Counted from the stretch's first letter, positions 20,180 through 30,266 are shown. The stretch: 64,000 nt of DNA from Thermofilaceae archaeon (GCA_038861545.1 JAWCCZ010000001.1:416001-480000), one strand, 5' to 3'. Numbers and translations: made by a program. The notes: a model not told the origin generated them from the sequence alone.

Positions 20180-20199
20180 TTGGCATCAACTCCTAAAAA

Positions 20200-20304
20200 T
20201 GGGTATCTGTTATCAGTTTGAGTATCTGAAGTAATTTAAACATGGGTTTATGGAAAACTACTCTAAGCAAACTTCAGTACTCATATATATGACCCAAATA
20301 CTCA
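20200..20304. promoter_or_regulatory. divergent promoter region with four TGAGTATCTG-like motifs
   Basis: TGGGTATCTG (20200), TGAGTATCTG (20219), reverse copies at 20274-20283 and 20295-20304 around TTTAAA (20235) and TATATAT (20284). Confidence 0.5.
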
Positions 20305-20311
20305 TAGCTTT

Positions 20312-22945
20312 GTGGAAAGCATTCCTCCACCTTATGGCTTAAGGTGCGAGTTCGCCGTCGATCCCATCGGCGTTGACCCGGAATCCAAGCTCCGTTTCTC
20401 TTGGTTTCTTCAACACCCTAAGAGGGGTGAGAGGCAAAAATGTTTTCGAGTTATTATAGCTAGCTCTCGAGAGCTAGCAAAAAACGCTATCGGGGATGTG
20501 TGGGACTCCGGCATTGTCAGAAGCGAGAATAACTTCACCGTTTACTCAGGACCACCCTTAGAGAGTAGTAAGGAGTACTTCTGGAGGGTCATGTGGTGGG
20601 ACTCGCAGGGCAACGCTAGCGAGTGGAGCCACATAGCTGGTTTCATCACCGCTTTGCGCCAAGCAGATTGGCGCGCCAGCTGGATTTCGGGAGGTAAACT
20701 TCTAAGAAAAGAGTTCGAGTTATCAGCGCCTGTAAGAAAGGCGATTGTACATGTAACAGGTTTAGGTTATTACGAGCTCAGGATTAACGGTAAGAAAGTA
20801 GGTGACCGCGTTCTCGATCCCCCATGGACTGACTATAATAAGCGAGTGCTGTACGCGACTTACGACGTGACAGAGTACTTGAAGTTTTGGGGAAACGCAA
20901 TAGGCATTATGCTAGGGCGGAGCCGCTACATAAAAGTTTACGGCTACGATGAGATTATGAAAGCTATAATGCAGATGCACGTGGAACTAGTGAATGGCGA
21001 TGTAGTAGACATCATCACTGATGGTACTTGGAAAGTCGCTGATGGTCCGATAGTTGAAGACGATATATACAACGGGGAAGTATACGATGCTACGCGCGAA
21101 GAAAAGGGTTGGGATCAACCAGGCTTCGACGAAAGCGGTTGGAGACCTGCAACAGTAGTTTCTCATCCAGGCAAGCTTGTCCCCAGCGGGGCTTTTCCCT
21201 CGATAAGGAGGCTTGGATACCTTAAAGCAAGGAAAATCCTTAACCCTGCACGAGGGGTTTACATTTTCGACTTCGGTCAGAATATAACCGGTTGGGTGAA
21301 GCTTAGGGTCTCCGGCCCTAGGGGCGTTAGAGTTCAGCTAAGGTACGCTGAGCTTATCGATCAAAATGGTAACCTGAACACTAAAAATCTACGTGGCGCG
21401 AGAGCGACCGACATTTATATAGCTAGAGGTGAGGGTGAGGAAGTTTACGAGCCCAGGTTCACCTATCATGGTTTTAGGTACGTTGAGGTAACTGGCTACC
21501 CAGGAACTCCTCAACCGGATTCATTAGAAGCAGTTATTGTGCACAGCGATGTCGAGCCAGTAGGAGGTATAATGACATCCTGCGACCTAGTTAACAGTAT
21601 TCACAGCTTAGTCGTCTGGTCCTTGAAGTCCAACCTAATGTCTATACCAACCGACTGCCCTCAGCGGGATGAGAGACACGGCTGGGGAGGAGATGCCCAG
21701 CTGACGGCTGAGGCAGCTATCCTGAACTTTTGGATGCCTGGCTTTTACGAAAAATGGTTGGAGGATTGGGCTGACGCACAGCTTGAGGATGGCAGTTTGC
21801 CTGACGTGGTACCGCCTTACTGGAGGTTATATCCGGCTGATCCAGCTTGGGGTGAAGCGTATGTGCTTATCCCCTGGCTACTTTATCTGTACTACGGCGA
21901 TGAGAGCAATATAGCTAAACATTATGAGAGGATAAAGCGTTGGGTTGAATTCCTGCTTTCAAAAACTGAAGGCTTTATCCTGAAATTCAGTAAGTACAAA
22001 GATTGGTGCCCACCTAGGCATATCTGGGCGGTCGAGATTCCAGGGGAGTTAGTATCCACATGGGTGTTATACAACGACCTAGTTACTTTAAGCTTGATGG
22101 CTAAGGTTCTAGGCAGGGTTGAGGAAGCCGAGAAGTATATGAAGCTAGCCATATCAGTTAAAGAGGCCTTTAATAGAGAGTTTCTCCGCGAGGAGCAAGG
22201 TAGAGATGGTAAGCTGAAGGTCTACTATGTATCTCCCGACTGTCAAACTTGCAACACGCTCCCCCTGGCTTCGAGGATTATCCCCCAAGAAAAGGCTGCA
22301 GCTGTGTTCGACACATTGAAGTGGGATGTAGAAGTGGAGAAAGACCTTCACCTAAACACAGGAATTATTGGAACTAAGTTCCTGCTTCCAGTGTTATCCG
22401 ATTACGGTAGACCAGATCTAGCATATGCAGTTTCAACCCAAACTAGCTACCCGAGCTGGGGTTACATGATCCGAGAAGGCGCGACAACCTTGTGGGAAAG
22501 ATGGGAGCTCTTAACCGGCAGTGCGATGAATTCTCATAATCATCACATGTTCGGCACTGTGGACATATATTTTTACCAGTACCTTGCGGGGATAAAGCCC
22601 TCTAAACCTGGCTTTAAGGAGTTTATAGTTAAGCCGGATCCAGTGGGCCCTGAACTGGTTTCCGCTACTGTTATGTCCGCTAAAGGTTCTATAGATGTTA
22701 TGCTAGGTAGGGAACTCCATAGGTTGTTATTACAAGTCAAAGTACCTATCGGCTCTACCGCGGTGGTGTATGTGCCGTTTCACGGAATGCGTAACCCCGA
22801 AGTAAGGGAAGGGGGTATAACAGTCTGGAGTAAAGGATCACCTGCGAAGCTGCCTGAAGGTATCGAGCTCGTATGGTGTGAAGGGGAATACATAACTTTC
22901 CGAGTGGGGTCTGGCTCTTACAGCTTTGAGGTCGTTGAAGCTTAG
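20312..22945 (+). CDS. alpha-L-rhamnosidase (GH78)
   Basis: GLGYYEL, DFGQN, FTYHGFRY, PTDCPQRDER.GW.GD, GATTLWE, NSHNH motifs. Confidence 0.95.
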   Translation: MESIPPPYGLRCEFAVDPIGVDPESKLRFSWFLQHPKRGERQKCFRVIIASSRELAKNAIGDVWDSGIVRSENNFTVYSGPPLESSKEYFWRVMWWDSQGNASEWSHIAGFITALRQADWRASWISGGKLLRKEFELSAPVRKAIVHVTGLGYYELRINGKKVGDRVLDPPWTDYNKRVLYATYDVTEYLKFWGNAIGIMLGRSRYIKVYGYDEIMKAIMQMHVELVNGDVVDIITDGTWKVADGPIVEDDIYNGEVYDATREEKGWDQPGFDESGWRPATVVSHPGKLVPSGAFPSIRRLGYLKARKILNPARGVYIFDFGQNITGWVKLRVSGPRGVRVQLRYAELIDQNGNLNTKNLRGARATDIYIARGEGEEVYEPRFTYHGFRYVEVTGYPGTPQPDSLEAVIVHSDVEPVGGIMTSCDLVNSIHSLVVWSLKSNLMSIPTDCPQRDERHGWGGDAQLTAEAAILNFWMPGFYEKWLEDWADAQLEDGSLPDVVPPYWRLYPADPAWGEAYVLIPWLLYLYYGDESNIAKHYERIKRWVEFLLSKTEGFILKFSKYKDWCPPRHIWAVEIPGELVSTWVLYNDLVTLSLMAKVLGRVEEAEKYMKLAISVKEAFNREFLREEQGRDGKLKVYYVSPDCQTCNTLPLASRIIPQEKAAAVFDTLKWDVEVEKDLHLNTGIIGTKFLLPVLSDYGRPDLAYAVSTQTSYPSWGYMIREGATTLWERWELLTGSAMNSHNHHMFGTVDIYFYQYLAGIKPSKPGFKEFIVKPDPVGPELVSATVMSAKGSIDVMLGRELHRLLLQVKVPIGSTAVVYVPFHGMRNPEVREGGITVWSKGSPAKLPEGIELVWCEGEYITFRVGSGSYSFEVVEA

Positions 22946-23118
22946 CATGCTTGCGAACAGTGTTAAGCCAGCATGGGTCTGCGATGGTTGAGCTTCTGTG
23001 GGCTGCGTTGCCATATTTTCAAAAATTAATTTATAGGATGCTAAAAACGCCAATGGATTTGTTACGCAGATTACTGTTCAGCGATTTTTAGAAGTTTCAG
23101 GTTTACTTTCCCAGGGTT

Positions 23119-23132
23119 AAAAACCTTTAAAT
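23119..23132 (+). promoter_or_regulatory. BRE/TATA promoter for leaderless SPFH operon
   Basis: AAAAACC-TTTAAAT about 25-30 nt upstream of ATG 23156. Confidence 0.55.
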
Positions 23133-23155
23133 GCTGCCAGTGAAGTTAAGCTCTT

Positions 23156-23689
23156 ATGAGTGAGATCGTAAAGAGGTATGAGGAGAAAAGGAGTCTATCA
23201 GAGAAAATAGCCTCATACATACCTGGCTATAGGGGTTATAAGCAGAAAGAGGTTAGAAGGGAGGCTGATAAGCTAGTCCGAGACTTCATGGTTAGGAAAC
23301 TCTCGGAAGCCAGAGGCCACTTGAAAGACGCTACAAGGTCTGTAGCTGAGGCTGAAGCCGCACAGCTCTATAAACTGCTAAACAGGGTATCAGCGGTAAT
23401 GGATAGAGTGATAAACAAGATCGAGCACGCGGATTACGGGTACTCGGGTTTATTCGACCTAGTTAAGGTGAGAGAGGAGGAGCTAGATAAGCTACTGGAG
23501 TACGATCATGGCCTCCTGAGTAGATGCGAGGAAATCGTAAACATTGCCGCAGAGGTAAGCGGAACGGCGGCTGCAGGTAGTTTCGACGTACTACCAGGTA
23601 AGCTGAAGCAGCTTGAACTGAAGCTTCAGGAGCTTCAGAAAATGTTTGCTTCAAGGGAAGAGATTATAACGTCTGTAAGAGGTGGTTAA
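23156..23689 (+). CDS. conserved alpha-helical/coiled-coil protein, first gene of SPFH operon
   Basis: IPGYRGY..KE.RREAD and ADYGYSG.FD motifs; predominantly helical. Confidence 0.8.
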   Translation: MSEIVKRYEEKRSLSEKIASYIPGYRGYKQKEVRREADKLVRDFMVRKLSEARGHLKDATRSVAEAEAAQLYKLLNRVSAVMDRVINKIEHADYGYSGLFDLVKVREEELDKLLEYDHGLLSRCEEIVNIAAEVSGTAAAGSFDVLPGKLKQLELKLQELQKMFASREEIITSVRGG

Positions 23690-23691
23690 AG

Positions 23692-24741
23692 ATGCCACAG
23701 GTAATCGAATGGATTGGGGCCTCCGAGGGCGATATTGTATGGAGATACCCTAAGGAGGAGATAACCTGGGGCGCGCAGTTAATCGTTCACGAGTACGAAG
23801 CCGCGATATTCTTCAGGGATGGTAAAGCTTACGATGTTTTCGGGCCGGGTAGGCATACGCTGACGACGATGAACCTACCTCTGTTAACCCCTGTTCTTTC
23901 CCGAGTAGCAGGCTATGATAAAGTACCGTTTAGAGCAGCTGTGATATTCGTCTCGACGAAGCAGTTTAAAGGTTTATTTGGTGGGAGCGCGCAGACCGTT
24001 GAGCTAGCGCCTTTAAAGTTCTATGGCGCATTCTGGTTTAAGGTGGAGGATCCGAAAACCTTTGTGATGGAAGTTGTCGGAGGGCAAAACGCTTACACAA
24101 CAGACGCGGTTAACAGCTTCCTTAGGGGTTACATGAACGAGAGGCTAATCACTCAGCTTTCAAAGTACGATCTAGTGACTGTATTCACGAAGTTAGAAGA
24201 AGTTTCCTTTAAAGTCAAGGCAGCGATCGACGAGGAGTTTAGAAGAATCGGCGTCGACCTCATTGATTTAAAGTTTGAGGGCATAGATACGACTCCCGAG
24301 TACAGAGATAGGTTGTTCTGGATTAAACAGACCGGAGGGGCTGCCCAGCAGGTTCTAGCAATGGATACGTTGAAGACCGCCGCGGAGTCTTTAAGCAAGT
24401 CCCCTGGAGCTGGAGTCGGAGCTGGAGTAGTGCTTTTACCCCAGATAATGCAGCAAGCCGCCGCTCCTCCACCAATGATAGTATGCCCGAACTGCAAGGC
24501 GCAGGCCCCCTCTACGAGTAAGTTCTGCCCGAACTGTGGCGCATCGCTTCAACCTCCTCCACCGCAGCCTCCAGGCACTGTTACATGCCCGAAGTGCGGT
24601 ACGCAAAACCCGAACACAGCTAAATTCTGCATGAGCTGCGGATCGCCGCTGCAACCGCAGCGAACTAGCTGCCCGCAGTGCGGCAGTGAGGTACCCTCAG
24701 GCGCGAAGTTCTGCCCGAACTGCGGAGCCAAAATCTCCTAG
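23692..24741 (+). CDS. SPFH (Band_7_1/YdjI-like) domain protein with three C-terminal zinc ribbons
   Basis: WRYP....WGAQLIV.E...A.FF.DG...FGPGRHTL.T.NLP; three CxxC-x10-CxxC repeats. Confidence 0.88.
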   Translation: MPQVIEWIGASEGDIVWRYPKEEITWGAQLIVHEYEAAIFFRDGKAYDVFGPGRHTLTTMNLPLLTPVLSRVAGYDKVPFRAAVIFVSTKQFKGLFGGSAQTVELAPLKFYGAFWFKVEDPKTFVMEVVGGQNAYTTDAVNSFLRGYMNERLITQLSKYDLVTVFTKLEEVSFKVKAAIDEEFRRIGVDLIDLKFEGIDTTPEYRDRLFWIKQTGGAAQQVLAMDTLKTAAESLSKSPGAGVGAGVVLLPQIMQQAAAPPPMIVCPNCKAQAPSTSKFCPNCGASLQPPPPQPPGTVTCPKCGTQNPNTAKFCMSCGSPLQPQRTSCPQCGSEVPSGAKFCPNCGAKIS

Positions 24742-25074
24742 ATGAACTATATGTCGAAGCAGAACTATGGGGGTTTGGCGCTAGCTGTAATAACGGCGTC
24801 TATTGGAGCAATAGGCGTGCTGATATCCATAGGGTACCTAGCTCTATACGTGTTGGCCTCCATCCCGCTGCTTGCTTTAGGGATCTATACTTTAGCTTTC
24901 ACAGCCATAGCTGACGATAAAAGGTATTATATTCTCTGGGGCTCCCTTATGACGGGGCTGGGCACCGCGCTTGCCATGGAAACAGTAACCGGCAACCTCC
25001 TGCTAAACCTCAGCATCCTCCTCATGGTTTCAGCTTTAATAGGAGTTCTGCTCGCCTTTAAAAATGGTAAATGA
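24742..25074 (+). CDS. small 4-TM membrane protein
   Basis: 110 aa, four hydrophobic segments, abutting both neighbours. Confidence 0.75.
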   Translation: MNYMSKQNYGGLALAVITASIGAIGVLISIGYLALYVLASIPLLALGIYTLAFTAIADDKRYYILWGSLMTGLGTALAMETVTGNLLLNLSILLMVSALIGVLLAFKNGK

Positions 25075-26024
25075 TGTCGGAGACTATATTTAAATGCTCT
25101 AACTGCGGCGGTCCCCTAAATTATACTCCGGAGACTATCGCTTGCGTATGCGAGTACTGCGGGACAGTTAACTGGTTCGGCGAAGGTAGGTTTGATATCT
25201 TCATCCTGCCTACTAGGACTAGGAACGAGGTAATTAATGCTTTTTGGAGCAGAATGAGGAACGACCCCGATATGAGGAGGGTTTACCAGGATATAGAGCT
25301 CATTGAGGTTCAAGGCTTCTATGTGCCAATACTAGTGGGGGAGGTTTTGGTAAAGGGTGAGTGGACTGGTTTCAAAAGGGTTGTCGAAAAGAAAGGTAAA
25401 TCCTATGTTACTAGAACCGTGACGAAAAGCGGATCCTTTAACAATACTATGAGGCTCACGGTTGAGGCTAGGAGGAGTGCTGCTGAGTACGGCTTGCTCG
25501 AGCTAGTCGAACAGGCTCGGTCGGTTCAGAACGCGTATCCGCTCAACTCCATCGACTGGAAGACTGTTAAGCTACCCGTGCTGAACACCGAAATACTACC
25601 AGAGGAGGCCATAGACGAGCTCAAAGATATAGCCGAGGATTCGATGAGACAGAGCATACGCACCTCGCAGGGTTTAGACGGCTTCTACTACTATCGCTGC
25701 GATACAGAGTTGAAAAGATACTGGATCCTGTTAGCGCCTTTATGGTGCCTAGTTTACAAGTATAGGGGAGGGATGTTCAGAGCTAGCATCTCCGGCTATA
25801 ACCTTCAGTTCCTAAAGGTTTCAGAACCCGTTTTCCTAGGCCAGAGGATCATCTACCTCGTGGGCGGCGCCCTAGCCTCCATTGCTGGTGCAGTGATTCC
25901 CGCGTTAGCATCATCAGGGGATAACTTGGAGTTTCCGATAGGCATAATATTGCTCGCAGCCATAGCTGGAGCATACCTATCCGGTAAATCCATTAGTGAC
26001 GTGAGGGAGGAAGCATGGAAGTAG
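25071..26024 (+). CDS. zinc-ribbon membrane protein (YdjG-like)
   Basis: N-terminal CSNCGG...CEYCG, YVP and P.W...YKY motifs, two C-terminal TM helices. Confidence 0.78.
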   Translation: MMSETIFKCSNCGGPLNYTPETIACVCEYCGTVNWFGEGRFDIFILPTRTRNEVINAFWSRMRNDPDMRRVYQDIELIEVQGFYVPILVGEVLVKGEWTGFKRVVEKKGKSYVTRTVTKSGSFNNTMRLTVEARRSAAEYGLLELVEQARSVQNAYPLNSIDWKTVKLPVLNTEILPEEAIDELKDIAEDSMRQSIRTSQGLDGFYYYRCDTELKRYWILLAPLWCLVYKYRGGMFRASISGYNLQFLKVSEPVFLGQRIIYLVGGALASIAGAVIPALASSGDNLEFPIGIILLAAIAGAYLSGKSISDVREEAWK

Positions 26025-26935
26025 GCTTTAAGCAGATAACTTGCCCCAGCTGCAACGCCCAGCTTAAGGTCCCACTCGCTGTCTCCGTGGTGGTTTGCCC
26101 CTACTGTGGGTATACGTTCGAGGTCTCCAGCGGGAAGAAGCTGGCGTACTACATGTTTCCCATTTATGTTGACAGCCCAACGGCATGGCGGGTAATGATG
26201 CAATTCATTATTAGAAGGTACGGAGTACCTGAAGACTTTACGGTCGAAGCTAACCCGCGCTTCTCAGAGCTTCACTTTGTGCCTTACTACGTTTTCAAGT
26301 GCAGAGCCAGCTCCTACTGCATTTACTCAAATAGAAGCGCCAGCTACTTGGAAACAGCTGATTATCCTATACCGGCAGCGTGGACCGGGACATGGATCGA
26401 TAAGCACCTCGACAACTTCTCGTTTTCAGTTAGGGGTAAAAGCTTTTTCGACCCTAGGCAGGCTCAGAAAGGCAAGCTCCACATGCCGACGGTAAGGTAC
26501 GAAGAAGCTTACAGAGCAGCTTACCAACTCATCGAGAAGCGCGCGCTGAAAGAAGCGAGAGAGAGCTGCAGCGGTGCAGCCAGGTCCGAAAACATCGAAG
26601 TCGGCTTCATCGGGCTCACACATTACCCATTCTGGCTTATGGAATATATATACAAGGGCGAAGTTTACAGAGCTCTTCTAGACGCGTCGAGCGGTAAGGT
26701 CCTTTACGTTGAGTATCCATTAAGGGCAAAGGCAAGGGCAATGATGCTAACAGCCTCAGCTGTCATCATCGGACTGGGCGTAGCTTCAGGGCTCATAGTC
26801 TCGATCGCGGTTTCTCCACTCGGACTTATAGGCGGCGTTATTACCTCTGCAGCAACCGCTTTCCCGTTACTGACGAAAGCCTTTAGGTCCAGGGCTAGGG
26901 GGTCGGAGGCTATAATCCACAGAAGCGTGCGCTAA
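26015..26935 (+). CDS. zinc-ribbon membrane protein (YdjG-like paralogue)
   Basis: CPSC...CPYCG, FVPYY, YPFW...Y.YKG..Y...D..SG, two C-terminal TM helices. Confidence 0.78.
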   Translation: MEVGFKQITCPSCNAQLKVPLAVSVVVCPYCGYTFEVSSGKKLAYYMFPIYVDSPTAWRVMMQFIIRRYGVPEDFTVEANPRFSELHFVPYYVFKCRASSYCIYSNRSASYLETADYPIPAAWTGTWIDKHLDNFSFSVRGKSFFDPRQAQKGKLHMPTVRYEEAYRAAYQLIEKRALKEARESCSGAARSENIEVGFIGLTHYPFWLMEYIYKGEVYRALLDASSGKVLYVEYPLRAKARAMMLTASAVIIGLGVASGLIVSIAVSPLGLIGGVITSAATAFPLLTKAFRSRARGSEAIIHRSVR

Positions 26936-26949
26936 TAAGCAGGTTGAAA

Positions 26950-27655
26950 ATGGTTAAAATTTACGTGGGAACTTCGGGATGGCTTTACGGCTGGAATGAA
27001 GGAGGGGGTCTCGAATGGTATGTTTCCCACTCGGGTTTAAACGCTATCGAGCTAAACGCGTCTTTCTACAGATTCCCATTCCCAGCTCAAGTTAAGTCTT
27101 GGGTTAAAAGGGGGGGGAGGCTTAAGGTGGTCTATTAAGGTGCATCGGTCGATTACCCACCTGAGAAAGCTGGGTTCTGAAGCCTTGAAGACATGGGAGC
27201 GCTTCAGAGAGCTTTTCAAGCCTATGGATCACTTGGTGGATTTTTACCTTTTCCAGCTGCCTCCAAACTTCTCTGCAACGAACAGTAACTTTAACCGGAT
27301 AAGGGAATTCGCCTCCTTCACCGGTTTAAGGTGGAGAATGGCTGTAGAGTTCAGGCATGAGTCATGGTTTTCAGCGGAGTCCGCGGAGCTTTGCCGGGAA
27401 ATAGAAGCGACATTCGTATCTGTTGACGCGCCGATAGCTAGGTGGATTGCCTCCAGCAACGGGATCGTATACCTGCGCGTACATGGCAGGGACTCATGGT
27501 ATGCTTACGACTACAGCGAGGATGAGCTTAGGGACCTAGCCAGGAGAACAGCTAAACTTACTCCTGAAAAAATCTATGTTTTCTTCAATAACAACCACTG
27601 GATGCTTGGGAACGCCAGGGTTATGCGAACATTGTTACACGAAACGCTCCGCTAA
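26950..27655 (+). pseudogene. DUF72 family protein, frameshifted at a G8 tract
   Basis: VGTSGW.Y and ELNASFYRFP in the first frame; K.HRSITH, QLPP, EFRH.SW, YLR.HG and FFNN in the next; removing one G at 27110-27117 fuses them. Confidence 0.85.
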
Positions 27656-27804
27656 GCAAAGCGGCTAAGGCGCCTGAGGAATAACACTACAGAATTTAAA
27701 TGTGTGCCGCGGGCTCAAAAGTTCGAAAACTTGATTATTCCACGGTTCTACTTGCTTCAATTGAACTAGAATTCTTATATAATACTTTATTAAAGCAATC
27801 TACT

Positions 27805-28818
27805 ATGCCCTCAGAGTCCATAGTTTCAAAATTAAGTGGTACATCCTTGTCTTACAGACATTATTTGGTTTCCTCTCTTTGGAGCAAAGAAGCTAGGGAT
27901 ACTCTTAAATCAATTAGGGATCTAAACTCTTATGTTTCTTGGAGAATCCGTAATATTTTAAATGAAAGTGGAATTGACAAGGAGTTATCCAAGAAACCTT
28001 TTCATGAATTTGCAGACGTTAACTTAGCTAAACTCGTCCATGATGTCATGATTAGCGCAGGCTACGCTGAAGGCATTGAAGAGAGATTGAACTGGTTGAG
28101 TCAGCCGGGGTCAGAGCCAACCATAGAAACCATGTTTTTGGCCGAGTTAAAGCCGGCAATCAATAAAACACTAGAAACACTGCCGGATGCTTTACGCAAC
28201 GGGGAGAGACCGCTACTGCGCGCTGATAGGCAAAGCGATTTGATGGGCGTTATTTCTCAATTATGGGATCCGAGGAAAAACCGCCTGTTCAGCGAGAATT
28301 TCGTTTTATGGTCTGGTGTATACAACCTTCCGAAAGAATCCGTTATAGTCGACGCGTTAGCTAAGTTAGGCATTTTAACTTTCCAGCTACTTCGGTTAAC
28401 TGAATGCCGAGTGGTAGCCGTCGACCCTTCCCCTGTAAATATCGGGATCGTGGAGGGCTTTGCGGAAATCCTCGGCGCAACTGAAAGATTAGAGGCGCGC
28501 CTTGGAAACCCAGAAGAGCTCGATAAAATAGCCGGCGAGGCGGACCTCATCGTATCCTTTAACGCTCTACCTTGGGTATCATCCCCCCTCGCGATGCTCA
28601 GAGCAATGCGTCAAGTATCCTCGGCAGCCCTAGTATTCCAGCCGACGTACGATAACCTCACGGGTAAGCTACTCAACGTAATAGACTATCTCCTAGGGTC
28701 TACGCTCTACCCAACCGCGAGTCAATTGCGCGAAATGTTCAAAAACACCGGTTGGCAGGTGGCGAAGGAGACGGTCTTTGCTGCCTACATGGCAATACTA
28801 GAGAAATCTCAGCAATGA
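27805..28818 (+). CDS. class I SAM-dependent methyltransferase-like protein (degenerate motif I)
   Basis: IVDALAKLG / VVAVDPS / ADLIVSFNAL pattern; start MPSES follows TTATATAA. Confidence 0.6.
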   Translation: MPSESIVSKLSGTSLSYRHYLVSSLWSKEARDTLKSIRDLNSYVSWRIRNILNESGIDKELSKKPFHEFADVNLAKLVHDVMISAGYAEGIEERLNWLSQPGSEPTIETMFLAELKPAINKTLETLPDALRNGERPLLRADRQSDLMGVISQLWDPRKNRLFSENFVLWSGVYNLPKESVIVDALAKLGILTFQLLRLTECRVVAVDPSPVNIGIVEGFAEILGATERLEARLGNPEELDKIAGEADLIVSFNALPWVSSPLAMLRAMRQVSSAALVFQPTYDNLTGKLLNVIDYLLGSTLYPTASQLREMFKNTGWQVAKETVFAAYMAILEKSQQ

Positions 28819-28926
28819 ACGCTCGCTATTTACGGGTAGAAACTCGTTCTCCTTAGTTTTCTGAACACAGGTTACAGTCCACGTGGAAAGCTCAAAAATA
28901 TATTCGAGATAGGCGAAGCTTTCTCC

Positions 28927-30234
28927 ATGACTTTAGAGCTCAGATTAGCGGATCTTCGGGAGATACTGCTGCAAGAGGTTGTAGAAAGATGCGAGGAGGG
29001 TTATGATCTCGACGTGGAGGAGTGGCAGGCTAGCATACGCGGAGCCAAAGAAGCAACCGAGCTTGCAGAAATCTACCGCAAGTTGCAAGACCTTCCCATG
29101 AGGAAGGGGTTCAGCTACCGAGAACCAAGCGACCTTAAGGGGATCTTAATGGAACGGTCAGCTTGCCTTCCGAAGTTAGAGGTAAGGCTGAGCTCTGGTC
29201 AGCTGTACGATAAAGTACTGGGGGCCTGGCTTGGAAGGATCGCCGGCTGCATGCTCGGAAAGCCAGTCGAAGGATGGAAGAGAGAGTGGATAAGGGATGC
29301 CTTAAAGAAAGCTGGCGAGTACCCTTTAAAGGGGCCGTATTTTCCATCAGACGTTTTCCACGGTTTAAGCGGAGAGCAACTCGCTTATGTTTCCAGCTTG
29401 AGTAGGGAGGGGATTAGACGGGCAGAAAGGGACGACGACCTCGACTACACGGTTCTAAATTTAATGGTGTACGAGGCTAAGGGGCCATCCTTCACGAGCG
29501 AAGACGTAGCGGAAGCCTGGCTCAACTTCCTTCCCTACTGCCAGACGTACACGGCTGAGAGGGCAGCGTACCGGAACTTAGTTATTGGTTTAAAGCCGCC
29601 TGAAACCGCTGTGTTCCTGAACCCCTACCGTGAGTGGATCGGAGCCCAGATACGCGCTGACTTATGGGGTTATGTTTCGCCCGGTAACCCCGACAGGGCG
29701 GCCGAGCTCGCATACAGAGATGCTAGATTATCCCATACGAAAAACGGGATCTACGGCGAAATGTACTTTGCCGCAGCTATAGCGTTAGCGTATGCGGTTG
29801 AGGAGCCCGAAGCCTTAGTGAGGGGTGCTTTAAACGTGATACCGGCTCAGAGCAGGTTAGCCGAAGCGGTAAATTACACGCTCAATCTCTGGAGGAGTGG
29901 AATATACTGGGAGGAAGCCATTGATAAAGTACTTGAGAAACATAGGTCTTATCATCCGGTGCACACAATTAATAACGCGGCTATAGTCGTGGCAGCCCTG
30001 CTGTGGGGTGAGGGCGATTTCGCGCAAACCATCGCGTACGCCGTTACGGCGGGTCTCGACACGGACTGCAACGGCGCAACCGCTGGCAGCATTATCGGCT
30101 TAATGAAGGGGGCTAGCCGCTTGCCGGAGAAGTGGGTTAAACCCCTGAATAACACGCTGGTATCAGGGTTAAGCGGAGTCGGCGTGGTCTCGATAAGTGA
30201 GTTGGCCGAGCGAACAGTGCATGTTATTCAGTAA
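28927..30234 (+). CDS. ADP-ribosylglycohydrolase family protein
   Basis: G.MLGKPVEG, DDD.DYT, WIGAQIRAD, GLDTDCNGATAGS. Confidence 0.9.
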   Translation: MTLELRLADLREILLQEVVERCEEGYDLDVEEWQASIRGAKEATELAEIYRKLQDLPMRKGFSYREPSDLKGILMERSACLPKLEVRLSSGQLYDKVLGAWLGRIAGCMLGKPVEGWKREWIRDALKKAGEYPLKGPYFPSDVFHGLSGEQLAYVSSLSREGIRRAERDDDLDYTVLNLMVYEAKGPSFTSEDVAEAWLNFLPYCQTYTAERAAYRNLVIGLKPPETAVFLNPYREWIGAQIRADLWGYVSPGNPDRAAELAYRDARLSHTKNGIYGEMYFAAAIALAYAVEEPEALVRGALNVIPAQSRLAEAVNYTLNLWRSGIYWEEAIDKVLEKHRSYHPVHTINNAAIVVAALLWGEGDFAQTIAYAVTAGLDTDCNGATAGSIIGLMKGASRLPEKWVKPLNNTLVSGLSGVGVVSISELAERTVHVIQ

Positions 30235-30266
30235 CGTTTTTCTTTCTTCATGATGGGTTTCAACCG

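Noticed and set aside
24480-24730. Short DNA repeats such as AAGTTCTGCCCGAACTG
   Set aside because: Explained by the triplicated zinc-ribbon coding sequence; not CRISPR
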